This document shows, one piece after another, positions 40,498-49,550 of a stretch of 64,000 nucleotides of DNA. The notes beneath the pieces were generated by a model. The model made no database searches, was not told the origin of the DNA, and saw nothing but the letters and a program-made list of their open reading frames with translations. This DNA is from Spirochaetia bacterium. Lineage in GTDB: Bacteria; Spirochaetota; Spirochaetia; SZUA-6; Bin103. The stretch's first letter is position 1. Each line of letters opens with the position of its first letter. The stretch is taken from the NCBI GenBank assembly GCA_965203905.1, contig CBDBDQ010000005.1, positions 3,840,001-3,904,000 of the forward strand, in the 5' to 3' direction. The translations under genes were made by a program, and so were the position numbers.

Positions 40498-42480
40498 ATG
40501 TTCATTGTAAAGATCAGAATGACCTTCGTGGTTGCGCTGGTCATGGTCCTGACCGCCACCGGCCTCTGGGCCACCGGCGCAGACGAGGAGCCGGCAGCCG
40601 CTGCCGACAGAGAGACGGTGTTCGACCCCGCCACCGGAAATGAGTCCCCCATGTTGGCAGCGTTGGTGGCAAGCGGCGATCTGCCCCCGGTGCATGAGCG
40701 GCTTCCCAATGAGCCGTTTGTAATGGAGCCAGTAGAGCAGATCGGGAAGTACGGTGGCACGCTACGGGTGGGGGATGCCGCGGTGGCGTATCTGAACGGC
40801 TTTGCGTCGATACACGAGATCGGACTCTTCCGCTATAACATGTCCGCCTCGGCGATCACTCCCGACATCGCCAAGTCTTTCTCCTGGTCCTCAGACATCA
40901 AAACCCTGACGATTGAACTCAGAGAGGGTCATAAATGGTCAGACGGACACCCATTTACGGTGGATGACATCATCTTCTGGTGGGAAGATGTTCAACTGAA
41001 CGAAGAGCTCAGGCCTGGTGGGCCCCGCGGCGTATTTAAGCCTCGTGGTGAGTTGGCTGAATTCAAGAAGATAAGCGACACAGTCCTGGAGATGTCATTC
41101 TCAGTGCCACATCCGACGGTCATGGACTTTCTGGGTCGTCCGAAGAGAAGTGCAGACCCCTTCATGATGCTACCCAAGCACTACCTGGAGAAATGGCACA
41201 TCGATTACAACCCCGACGCCAACGAGCTGGCTGAAGACGAAGGATTCGAGGATTGGGCGCAAGCCTTTACCGCACATTACAACAGCAAATGGCAACTTGA
41301 CCCCAATCAGCCAACCCTCAGGCCTTGGATCGCCAAAGAGGAACAATCCGGGGACCGAATATTCGTCGAGCGCAACCCGTATTTCCACCACGTGGATCCC
41401 GAGGGTAATCAATTGCCATACATCGACCGGATAGAAGACCTGCTTACCGGCAACGTGCAAATACAGACCCTAAAGGCCAGCGCAGGCGAATTCGATATTG
41501 CAAGCTACTATCTTGCCCTGGCAGATTTGGAGGTGCTCAAAGCGAACGAAGTGGACGGAGATTATCGTATCCTCTTTCCGAAAGACTTTGCTGTCTCGTC
41601 GGCAGCTCTATTCCCCAACCAAAATGCCGCGGATCCAGAGTTGAGGGACCTGTTCCAAAACCGAGACTTCCGCGTCGCCCTCTCGCTGAGCCTTGACCGT
41701 GAGAACTTGAACGAGACACTCTTCTTCGGCCTCGGTACAGCCTACCCGGGGGTTCCGCCCCCGTACATGAGCTTCTTCCAGCCGGAGTGGGAAAGTCCCG
41801 ACTATATTCAGTATGACCCGGAGCGGGCTAACGAGATTCTCGACAGCCTGGGACTGACGGAGCGGGATGACGAGGGCTTCCGGCTACGCCGTGACGGCGA
41901 GGGTCGGCTGAGCATATTAGTAAACACTATCACTGCGCATTGGCCCGAGGACGCGTTGGTAATGGAGGTGATCAAGAACGACCTTGCAGCTGTCGGTATC
42001 GAGATTATCCATAGGCCCTGGGCCGAATCTGCCCCCTTGGCGGAGGCTGAGCGCAACAACGATTTGGAAATGTACGCATGGTACATTGGGACGAATGCGT
42101 TCCAAACGGGCCGTCCTGACCCTGGGATGTGGGGTTTCATGAGGGTTAGCGAACAATATTGGGCACCGCTGTGGGTGAGGTGGTTCGAGACCGGAGGGGA
42201 GGAGGGCGAAGAGCCGCCAGCAAGGATAAAGGAACTGCGTGAGATCTATGAGCAGTATCTGCAAACCCCGATTGGCTCGGCTGAATACAACATACTCGCC
42301 GAAGAATATTTCAGCTATTTCTATGAAGAACTGCCCTTGATCGCTACGGTAGGGTTTACGCCCAGACCGATGGTCGTAAGCAATCGGCTCCACAACGTGC
42401 CGGAGGAAGACCTCTGGTGGGGACCTACCACCGGTTGGTACGAGCCGTATATGCCCACACAGTGGTATATCGAGGAGTAG
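40498..42480 (+). CDS. ABC transporter family 5 substrate-binding protein
   Basis: GGAGG RBS, signal peptide, LPPVHERLP, LREGHKWSDG, ERNPYF..GNQLPYID. Confidence 0.92.
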   Translation: MFIVKIRMTFVVALVMVLTATGLWATGADEEPAAAADRETVFDPATGNESPMLAALVASGDLPPVHERLPNEPFVMEPVEQIGKYGGTLRVGDAAVAYLNGFASIHEIGLFRYNMSASAITPDIAKSFSWSSDIKTLTIELREGHKWSDGHPFTVDDIIFWWEDVQLNEELRPGGPRGVFKPRGELAEFKKISDTVLEMSFSVPHPTVMDFLGRPKRSADPFMMLPKHYLEKWHIDYNPDANELAEDEGFEDWAQAFTAHYNSKWQLDPNQPTLRPWIAKEEQSGDRIFVERNPYFHHVDPEGNQLPYIDRIEDLLTGNVQIQTLKASAGEFDIASYYLALADLEVLKANEVDGDYRILFPKDFAVSSAALFPNQNAADPELRDLFQNRDFRVALSLSLDRENLNETLFFGLGTAYPGVPPPYMSFFQPEWESPDYIQYDPERANEILDSLGLTERDDEGFRLRRDGEGRLSILVNTITAHWPEDALVMEVIKNDLAAVGIEIIHRPWAESAPLAEAERNNDLEMYAWYIGTNAFQTGRPDPGMWGFMRVSEQYWAPLWVRWFETGGEEGEEPPARIKELREIYEQYLQTPIGSAEYNILAEEYFSYFYEELPLIATVGFTPRPMVVSNRLHNVPEEDLWWGPTTGWYEPYMPTQWYIEE

Positions 42481-42496
42481 CGCACACCTAGCACAC

Positions 42497-42755
42497 TAGG
42501 ACCTCGACTATCTGATTTTGTGGGGCGGTTGCGCACTTGTCAGGGACAACCCACTAAACTTCCCCGCATCTTCGCCTGGTCGAGGTCCTAACCCACTGAC
42601 AAGAGGATTGAAAGGGGTGCTGGTTGTTGTGAGATATCAGCCGGCACTCTTTTCATTTGGGTGCACATCAAATGAGTTGGAGTTTGGGGGCTGCGGTCAG
42701 GCCTGCCCTGACCGCAGCCAAAGCAAGACCGACCGCGGTGACCGTTCCAACTGAG
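42497..42755 (+). other. Multi-hairpin structured intergenic region
   Basis: Stems 42497-42510/42577-42590, 42609-42626/42638-42655, 42653-42659/42669-42675, 42689-42701/42707-42719. Confidence 0.6.
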
Positions 42756-42796
42756 GTGAAACACACAAAGCCCGTCCTGAGGAAGGAGGGCCGACG

Positions 42797-44287
42797 ATGA
42801 TCTATAGGCCGAGCAAGGCAGCCTTTATGTGGGATACGTGGCTATACTACCATGACGGCAAGCACTATCTCTTCTACATCCAAAAATCACGCCCCGATGC
42901 GCCGTGGGACAGCATAGGCGTGGCTATCTCCGAGGATGGTGTTCATTTTGAGGAACACGGCCCGGTCATCCATAAGGCCGAAGATGCGGCCAAGTTGGGC
43001 ATCGGTATGGTCTGGCGCGCAGGCGGACGTTTCATGACCAACTTCGCCGAGGAACGTCACAAAGGGTATGAGAACTTCTTCGCCGAGTCCGACGATCTGT
43101 TGCACTGGCGTCGCTTGCCCGACGAGGAGTATGTCTTACGTATAGATGAACGCTGGTATGCGAATTCACCTCCATTCGCCAAACTACGTTGGGACGGGTT
43201 GTGGGTGATACCGCGCGCCGGTGGTCCAGGTTTCATTGGCTTCCTAACCGCCGTCTCGCGTGACGGTCCGCCTGGACTGCGGGGGACGATCGGGTGCGTT
43301 CTGTCGGATGATGGGCGCCATTTCCGCGCCGCGCCGCCAGCGGTCGAACCTGGTGTGTGGAGCGACCGCGTCCCACCTATGGGTGCAGTCGAGAAGATTG
43401 GCGAGCACTATTATGCACTCCTGGGCGTCCATCCCGAGATGCCGCTGGGTGCCCGCCACACACCCTGGCTTCTCGACGGCGAGGGCGGGATGTATGTGCT
43501 GATGTCCGAAAAACAGGATGGCCCTTACCGTCTTCTTCCAGATAACCCGCCGCTGCTGGGCAGTCGTCCTATCCACTATGCCTACTTTGGCCGTTTCTAC
43601 CGTTTCGGAGGAGAGGTGTTGTTGAATCATCACGCCGTCACGCGCAAGCCGGGCCACGACGGCTGTTTCGCGCCGCTCAAGACAGTCCATCACGACGCGG
43701 CCGGCCTGCTGAGCCTGCATTGGTGGTCGGGCAACGCAGCGCTAAAGGGCCCGCGGCAACCGGTGACGTTGACGGGCTGTCGTCTCTTTGGTTTGCAATC
43801 CGATCAGGTCTCGGTTCGCAATGGCCGACTTCAGCTGACCGCAACGGCCGGCGGGTTCGCGATCCTGCCTTCAGCGTACAACGCAACGCGCGGCGTCATT
43901 CTCGAGGCAGAGGTGACGACCCTTGCCTCCGATGGCGCCTTCTACGGGGGTGGCATGTTTGTTGAAGAGGAGTCGCCCAAAACGAACCTACCTTGGGAGG
44001 CTACACATGGCACATTGCTCCTGGCCCAGAGCGACGGCCGGGTGACGGTGGGCCCTCACAACCATTACGGCTTCACACCCGAGGATGATAAGCAACTCCC
44101 ATTCTCTCCTGGCGAGACCGCTCACTGGCGGCTGCTGTTGCGCGACGTGCACGTGGAGTTGTACGTGAATGACGAACTGGTCCAGTGCTACACGCTGAGA
44201 CATAGGGCAAGTGGTCGTTTGGGCTTCGCCGTCGAGGCGGGCACAACGACTGTGAAAAACGTGCGCGTGTGGGAAATGTCCCTCTGA
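42797..44287 (+). CDS. GH32/clan-J-like beta-propeller glycosidase with C-terminal beta-sandwich
   Basis: MWDTW..YLFY, SDDLLHW repeats, HVELYVND; AAGGAGG RBS. Confidence 0.7.
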   Translation: MIYRPSKAAFMWDTWLYYHDGKHYLFYIQKSRPDAPWDSIGVAISEDGVHFEEHGPVIHKAEDAAKLGIGMVWRAGGRFMTNFAEERHKGYENFFAESDDLLHWRRLPDEEYVLRIDERWYANSPPFAKLRWDGLWVIPRAGGPGFIGFLTAVSRDGPPGLRGTIGCVLSDDGRHFRAAPPAVEPGVWSDRVPPMGAVEKIGEHYYALLGVHPEMPLGARHTPWLLDGEGGMYVLMSEKQDGPYRLLPDNPPLLGSRPIHYAYFGRFYRFGGEVLLNHHAVTRKPGHDGCFAPLKTVHHDAAGLLSLHWWSGNAALKGPRQPVTLTGCRLFGLQSDQVSVRNGRLQLTATAGGFAILPSAYNATRGVILEAEVTTLASDGAFYGGGMFVEEESPKTNLPWEATHGTLLLAQSDGRVTVGPHNHYGFTPEDDKQLPFSPGETAHWRLLLRDVHVELYVNDELVQCYTLRHRASGRLGFAVEAGTTTVKNVRVWEMSL

Positions 44288-44303
44288 AAAGACTGGTGGA
44301 AAG

Positions 44304-45293
44304 GTGAGAAGCTACATCGTAAGAAGGCTTGTCTACATGCTCATCACTTTGTGGATGCTGAGCGTGGTCTCATTCGTTCTGATCCAACTTCCTCCAGGCG
44401 ATTATGTCACCAATTTAGTCTCGAGCATGAAAGCATTCGGGGCGGATACCCTGGACGAGAGCCAGATAACTGCGCTCAGAAAATACTACGGCCTCGACAA
44501 GTCGTTAGCCGAGCAATACCTCCGCTGGATGACCAGGTTCGTTCGCGGGGAAATGGGGCGTTCTTTCAGCTATGAGAAGCCTACGATCCAATTGTTGCAG
44601 GAGCGTTTGCCGTATACGGTGTTGCTCTCCCTTAGCACGATCGTCTTCATCTATCTTGTAGCCGTGCCGATTGGGGTCTATGTCGCTACCCATCAATATG
44701 GCTTCAGTGACTATCTGTTCACGGCGCTCGGCTTCATTGGGCTGTCAACCCCCAATTTCATGTTGGCTTTGATTCTAATGTACATTTTCTTTAAGTACTT
44801 TGGCATCAGCGCTGGAGGATTGTTTTCGCGCGAGTATGCCGTGGCGCCGTGGAGTCTGGCTAAAGTCTGGGACCTTATCCAACATCTTTGGGTGCCTGTA
44901 ATCGTCCTGGGCACAGCTGGCACGGCCGGCATCATCCGAGTTATGCGCGGAGTCCTGCTGGACGAACTAGGCAAGCAATACGTCATCACCGCTCGTGCTA
45001 AGGGTGTTTCAGAGAGAAGGCTGTTGTTCAAGTACCCGGTTCGTGTGGCCATCAATCCTATCGTCAGTACCATCGGTTGGAACTTGCCGGAAATCGTCTC
45101 TGGAGGGACCATCACCGCCATCGTCTTGAGCCTGCCGACCTTAGGACCCATTCTCTTCAATGCACTTCGAGTTCAAGACTTTTATTTGGCTGCGAGTATC
45201 CTGATGGTACTCGGAATTCTTACGGTTTTCGGCACCCTGCTATCTGACATCCTGTTGGTCATCGTTGATCCTCGTATTCGTATGGAAAGGTGA
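44304..45293 (+). CDS. ABC transporter permease (OppB-like)
   Basis: LPPGDY, YVITARAKGV, DPRIR. Confidence 0.93.
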   Translation: MRSYIVRRLVYMLITLWMLSVVSFVLIQLPPGDYVTNLVSSMKAFGADTLDESQITALRKYYGLDKSLAEQYLRWMTRFVRGEMGRSFSYEKPTIQLLQERLPYTVLLSLSTIVFIYLVAVPIGVYVATHQYGFSDYLFTALGFIGLSTPNFMLALILMYIFFKYFGISAGGLFSREYAVAPWSLAKVWDLIQHLWVPVIVLGTAGTAGIIRVMRGVLLDELGKQYVITARAKGVSERRLLFKYPVRVAINPIVSTIGWNLPEIVSGGTITAIVLSLPTLGPILFNALRVQDFYLAASILMVLGILTVFGTLLSDILLVIVDPRIRMER

Positions 45294-45300
45294 ACCTGTC

Positions 45301-46446
45301 GTGAAGGCGAGAGCGGAAGCAACCATTCTGGAAATAGAGGAGCCCCATGAGCTTACAGCCGAAGAGCGCTACTTCACGGCCTCGCAGCGAGAGCTTATGT
45401 GGCGCAGGTTTAGGAAACACAAGCTGGCGGTCGTCTCCTCAGTGCTTTTGGCGTTCCTGTACTTCGTAGCTGCCAGCTATGAGTTCTGGATACCCTACAG
45501 TGAGTCGACGCAGCACAAAGGATTTTCAGGTGCGCCGCCCGCTCGTATCCATTTCTTCGATAGTGAGGGCAAGTTTCGTGGACCCTTTGTGTATGGGCTC
45601 GATCGTTCGGTAGATCCCGAAACCTTCGCAACGGTCTTTGAGGAGGAGACGGATCGCGTTTTTCCGATCCGTCTTTTCCAAAGGGGGGAGGCCTACCGCC
45701 TCTGGGGTATCTTTCCCACGGATGTGCATTTCTTCGGGGCTGGGGAGGGGCTTGTTTTCCTGTTTGGGTCTGATCGACTGGGGCGCGACCTTTTCTCCCG
45801 CATCCTGGCTGCCAGCCGCATCAGCCTCTCCATTGGATTAGTGGGTGTTGCGCTCAGTTTCGTTCTTGGTTGTATACTGGGAGGCATTTCAGGGTTCTAT
45901 GGGGGTACCCCAGACCTCATCATCCAGCGAGTCATCGAATTCGTGGTCGCGGTACCGAAGATTCCTTTGTGGATGGCTCTCAGTGCAGCCGTGCCCCCAA
46001 GATGGTCGTCGGTGAACGTCTACTTCGCCATTACGATCATCCTCTCCATCATTGGCTGGGCGGGTCTGGCTCGGGTGGTGCGCGGGAAGCTTTTGGAGCT
46101 CAGGGAGCATGACTTCGTCATGGCAGCAAAGATCGCTGGTGCCAGGGATCGGCAAATCATCTCCGATCATCTACTGCCGGGTTTCATGAGTTACCTGATC
46201 GTACACCTGACCCTCGCCATACCCGCCATGATCCTGGCTGAAACGGCGCTCAGCTTTCTGGGCCTGGGGATCCGTGCCCCAGCCCTCAGTTGGGGAACAC
46301 TATTGCAGGACGCACAGAACATTCGAAGTGTTGCCGTCCAGCCCTGGATGCTAATTCCCGGCCTGTTCGTGATTGTAACGGTAATTCTGTACAATTTCTT
46401 GGGTGATGGCCTACGCGACGCGGCCGATCCCTACAAATCCAGCTGA
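45301..46446 (+). CDS. ABC transporter permease (OppC-like)
   Basis: GSDRLGRD, ETALSFLG, GDGLRDAADP. Confidence 0.92.
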   Translation: MKARAEATILEIEEPHELTAEERYFTASQRELMWRRFRKHKLAVVSSVLLAFLYFVAASYEFWIPYSESTQHKGFSGAPPARIHFFDSEGKFRGPFVYGLDRSVDPETFATVFEEETDRVFPIRLFQRGEAYRLWGIFPTDVHFFGAGEGLVFLFGSDRLGRDLFSRILAASRISLSIGLVGVALSFVLGCILGGISGFYGGTPDLIIQRVIEFVVAVPKIPLWMALSAAVPPRWSSVNVYFAITIILSIIGWAGLARVVRGKLLELREHDFVMAAKIAGARDRQIISDHLLPGFMSYLIVHLTLAIPAMILAETALSFLGLGIRAPALSWGTLLQDAQNIRSVAVQPWMLIPGLFVIVTVILYNFLGDGLRDAADPYKSS

Positions 46447-46462
46447 AGCAGGGAGCGCCCTC

Positions 46463-46567
46463 ATGAACCTCCATCTCGATCTGGAAGCGCAGCGCAGTGA
46501 ACCAGACTACTTGATCTACAAGCCTGGTGCGGCTGGGTCCCTGCCAGCGGATCGTATATCCGCATGA
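46463..46567 (+). pseudogene. 34-aa remnant of a sialidase paralog
   Basis: GGAG RBS; EAQRSEPDYLIYKP aligns with EWKRTKPDFVIYRP at the N-terminus of 47345-48652; ATGA overlap with next gene. Confidence 0.6.
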
Positions 46568-47307
46568 ATATCACGAATAAACTAGTCAAGCAATATCACC
46601 AAGCAGGTTATCTTGTCTGCCGTGACCTCATCACTCCCGATGAAGTTCGCGACCTGCGAGAAGCCTACACATCCTCTTTGGAGAAAATGCGAAGGGAGAA
46701 TAAGCTCAAGAGCATCCGATCCGGCACAGACCTTGAGGGCAGAGAGACAGCAGTATATCAGATTAGAATGGCCCACCTTCACCACCCCTTGTTCAACGAC
46801 CTGATCCATGATGCCCGTTTACTCAATATCGTCGAAAGTCTGATCGGCCCCAATATTCGCATCGTCCTCTTTCAGGGGCTTTACAAACCTCCACTGACAG
46901 GGGGAACCGTCCACTGGCATCAAGATGATTACTATTTCCGCGTCGATAAAGAAAATGCTGTCGTCAGTTGCTGGTTGACTTTGGATGATGCCACGGTCGA
47001 TAACGGATGCATGTGGGTTCTACCTGGCGCCCATCGCCAAATCCTAGAACACATCCCATCAGAGGGTGGCGGGCTAAGGATGCTTGAGATTGATGAGGCG
47101 AAAGCGGTGCCAATCGAGTTGCAAGCTGGTCAATGCATGTTCCATCATGGGTCCATGCCACATCGCACCTTGGACAATACGACCAATTCGCAGCGGCGGG
47201 CCCTGGCTATCCACTTCATGGATGCGACGGCTAAACCCATGGGGAGAGGGCGTCAACAAGAGCCTCTCGAGAATATGCCGATTGTGCGAGGACAGAGGGG
47301 CTGGTGA
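46564..47307 (+). CDS. Phytanoyl-CoA dioxygenase (PhyH) family 2OG-Fe(II) enzyme
   Basis: WHQD, NGCMWVLPGAH, distal His in MPH, RRA. Confidence 0.9.
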   Translation: MNITNKLVKQYHQAGYLVCRDLITPDEVRDLREAYTSSLEKMRRENKLKSIRSGTDLEGRETAVYQIRMAHLHHPLFNDLIHDARLLNIVESLIGPNIRIVLFQGLYKPPLTGGTVHWHQDDYYFRVDKENAVVSCWLTLDDATVDNGCMWVLPGAHRQILEHIPSEGGGLRMLEIDEAKAVPIELQAGQCMFHHGSMPHRTLDNTTNSQRRALAIHFMDATAKPMGRGRQQEPLENMPIVRGQRGW

Positions 47308-47344
47308 CATAAATCAATCGGAGTAGTTACGGAGATCAAGTATC

Positions 47345-48652
47345 ATGAAGCCATACGAAAACTTTAACGACGAATGGAAGCGGACCAAGCCAGATTTCGT
47401 AATCTACAGGCCCCAGGATGTCGGCGGGCCGGATTATGAGAACCAGCACTTCATCGTCAATCGAACCCCAGGTGGCGACCTGCTGGCTATCTGGACCTCC
47501 GCCACCCGGGAGGGCGACGTCGACCAGCGGGTGGTCTGCGCCCGCAGCACGGATCAAGGTCGGACCTGGAGCGAACCCCAGCATCTGGACGGGCCGGGTG
47601 AGGACGACGACCACATTGCGAGCTGGGCATTTCCAATCATCAGTCAGACTGGCAGAATCTATTGCTTTTACAATAAGTTTATTGGATTCCACGATTATAG
47701 CCGTGGCCTGACCGGCGTTATGCTCAGCCTATATTCGGACGACGATGGCCATACCTGGATGGCAGGCGGCGAACATCCAATCCGCCGCAGCAAGATCGAT
47801 CACCCGGATCCCCAGGTGCCCTGCAACTGGATCGTTTGGCAGAACCCCAGCCGCGACTCGCAAGGACGGGTGCTGGCAGGCCTCACCAGACGTGCAAGTC
47901 CCACCTACTGTGCCGACTGCCTACGCCGTCCCACGGGTCTCACGAATTGGAAGGAGTGGTCCTGGTTCGAGTCCCAATGTGAGTTCATGCGTTTCGATAA
48001 CATCAACGAGGGACCCCATCCTCAGGACCTCAAGCTCACTTTTTTGCCAGATGATGATTCAATACTACGCGTGCCCCATCCGGGCCAACCTGTGGTCTCC
48101 TATTCTCAGGAGCCAGCCGTTGTGCTCCTGCCGGACGGCCGCCTCTTCACGGTGATGCGGACCTGGACGGGGCGCATCTACTACAGCGTATCCGAAGACG
48201 ATGGTCATACCTGGCGAAAGCCTGAGTCGCTGCGACACCGGGACGGCGGCGAGGAGATGCTGCAACCCAAGTCCGGCTGTCCCTTGTACGTGATGCGGAA
48301 CGGTCAATACCTCTTGTTCTATCACAACAACGATGGTACCATCCATGGCGGCACCGGTCCCGGAGATTACCTTAAGAACCGCTGGCCGCTGTTCGCAGCG
48401 TTGGGAGAATATCAACCAGATGCCCACCAGCCTATCTGGTTTAGCCAGCCCAAGGAATTTGCTACCACCGACGGTGTCGGTAAGCCCCCGATAGACGAAG
48501 AGGGCGCGACGGCGCACAATGAATTAGGTGACTATACCAGCTTTACCGAGGATGCAGCTGGCCGCATTCTCTGGTATCCGGATCGCAAAGTCTTCCTTCT
48601 TGGCAAGACCATTTCAGATGCATGGTTGTCTGATATGAATATCCCTCGTTAA
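47345..48652 (+). CDS. Sialidase-like BNR/Asp-box beta-propeller protein
   Basis: Asp boxes STDQGRTW, SDDDGHTW, SEDDGHTW; QEPAVV...VMR. Confidence 0.78.
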   Translation: MKPYENFNDEWKRTKPDFVIYRPQDVGGPDYENQHFIVNRTPGGDLLAIWTSATREGDVDQRVVCARSTDQGRTWSEPQHLDGPGEDDDHIASWAFPIISQTGRIYCFYNKFIGFHDYSRGLTGVMLSLYSDDDGHTWMAGGEHPIRRSKIDHPDPQVPCNWIVWQNPSRDSQGRVLAGLTRRASPTYCADCLRRPTGLTNWKEWSWFESQCEFMRFDNINEGPHPQDLKLTFLPDDDSILRVPHPGQPVVSYSQEPAVVLLPDGRLFTVMRTWTGRIYYSVSEDDGHTWRKPESLRHRDGGEEMLQPKSGCPLYVMRNGQYLLFYHNNDGTIHGGTGPGDYLKNRWPLFAALGEYQPDAHQPIWFSQPKEFATTDGVGKPPIDEEGATAHNELGDYTSFTEDAAGRILWYPDRKVFLLGKTISDAWLSDMNIPR

Positions 48653-48769
48653 TTCCAGTTACCTTTTCAGATCGCATGAATCCGCGAATGGAGTGCAAGC
48701 GCCGGTTGCCTAGCAGGCGAGGTCTTTAAGCTATTTTTTGAGGTTTTTGAGCACCGAAGGAATACATAT

Positions 48770-49535
48770 ATGTCGATTACGGATTCCGCGTCCTGGCTCC
48801 CGGGTTGGATCACCGGAGCGACGTCAGCGATGCCCTGGTCTCTCGGGCCTGCGAGGCCTTCCTGCTGAACCGAACGGGGACGAATCCTTTTCTCCTGGTC
48901 GTCTCCTCTTGCAGCCCCACGACATCTGCGACTGGCTGCCCCTCAAGGTGTTACGCAAGGACACCCTGCCGTTCCCCGAACTGGAGATGGAGTTGCCGGA
49001 CCTGCCGCCCAATCATGAAACGAATTCTTCTTGTTCGTCTACGACCGTGAGGGAACCGCAGGGGCTTCGCAACATGCGGGAGCGCTGGCTGGAGGCAACT
49101 TCCGGCCGTTGGGGCGAGGCGGACTGGCGCTACTACTTGTGGAGCTACTACCGCATGGTGGAGATGGAGGACGCGGAGATCGGCCGCGTCCTCCGGGCTC
49201 TGGACAACTCACCGTACGCGGACAACACGATGATCCTGTTCACATCCGATCACGGGGAGGGGGTGGCTCAGCACCGCCTACCAGCTCGCAAGCGGACGAT
49301 GTACGAAGCCATGGTCAAGGTGGCGCTGCTCGCTTGCTGGCCAGGGTATATTCGAGAAGGTGTGACCGATTCGGAGCATCTGGTCTCGGGTATCGATATC
49401 ATGCCCACCTTCTGCGACTATGCTAGCGTCGATCCACCGGCCAACACGAAGGGCCGCAGCTTGCGGCCGCTGTTGGATGGCACCGAAACCGAATGGCGCT
49501 CCTTGCATTGGAAAGAAACTAATAAATCAAGCTAA
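48770..49535 (+). pseudogene. Sulfatase remnant lacking the catalytic N-terminus
   Basis: PFLLVVS, frameshift, QPHDIC, NTMILFTSDHGE, DIMPT, GRSLRPLL; no CxPxR motif; short C-terminus. Confidence 0.8.
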
Positions 49536-49550
49536 ATTAGGAGAGCTCAT

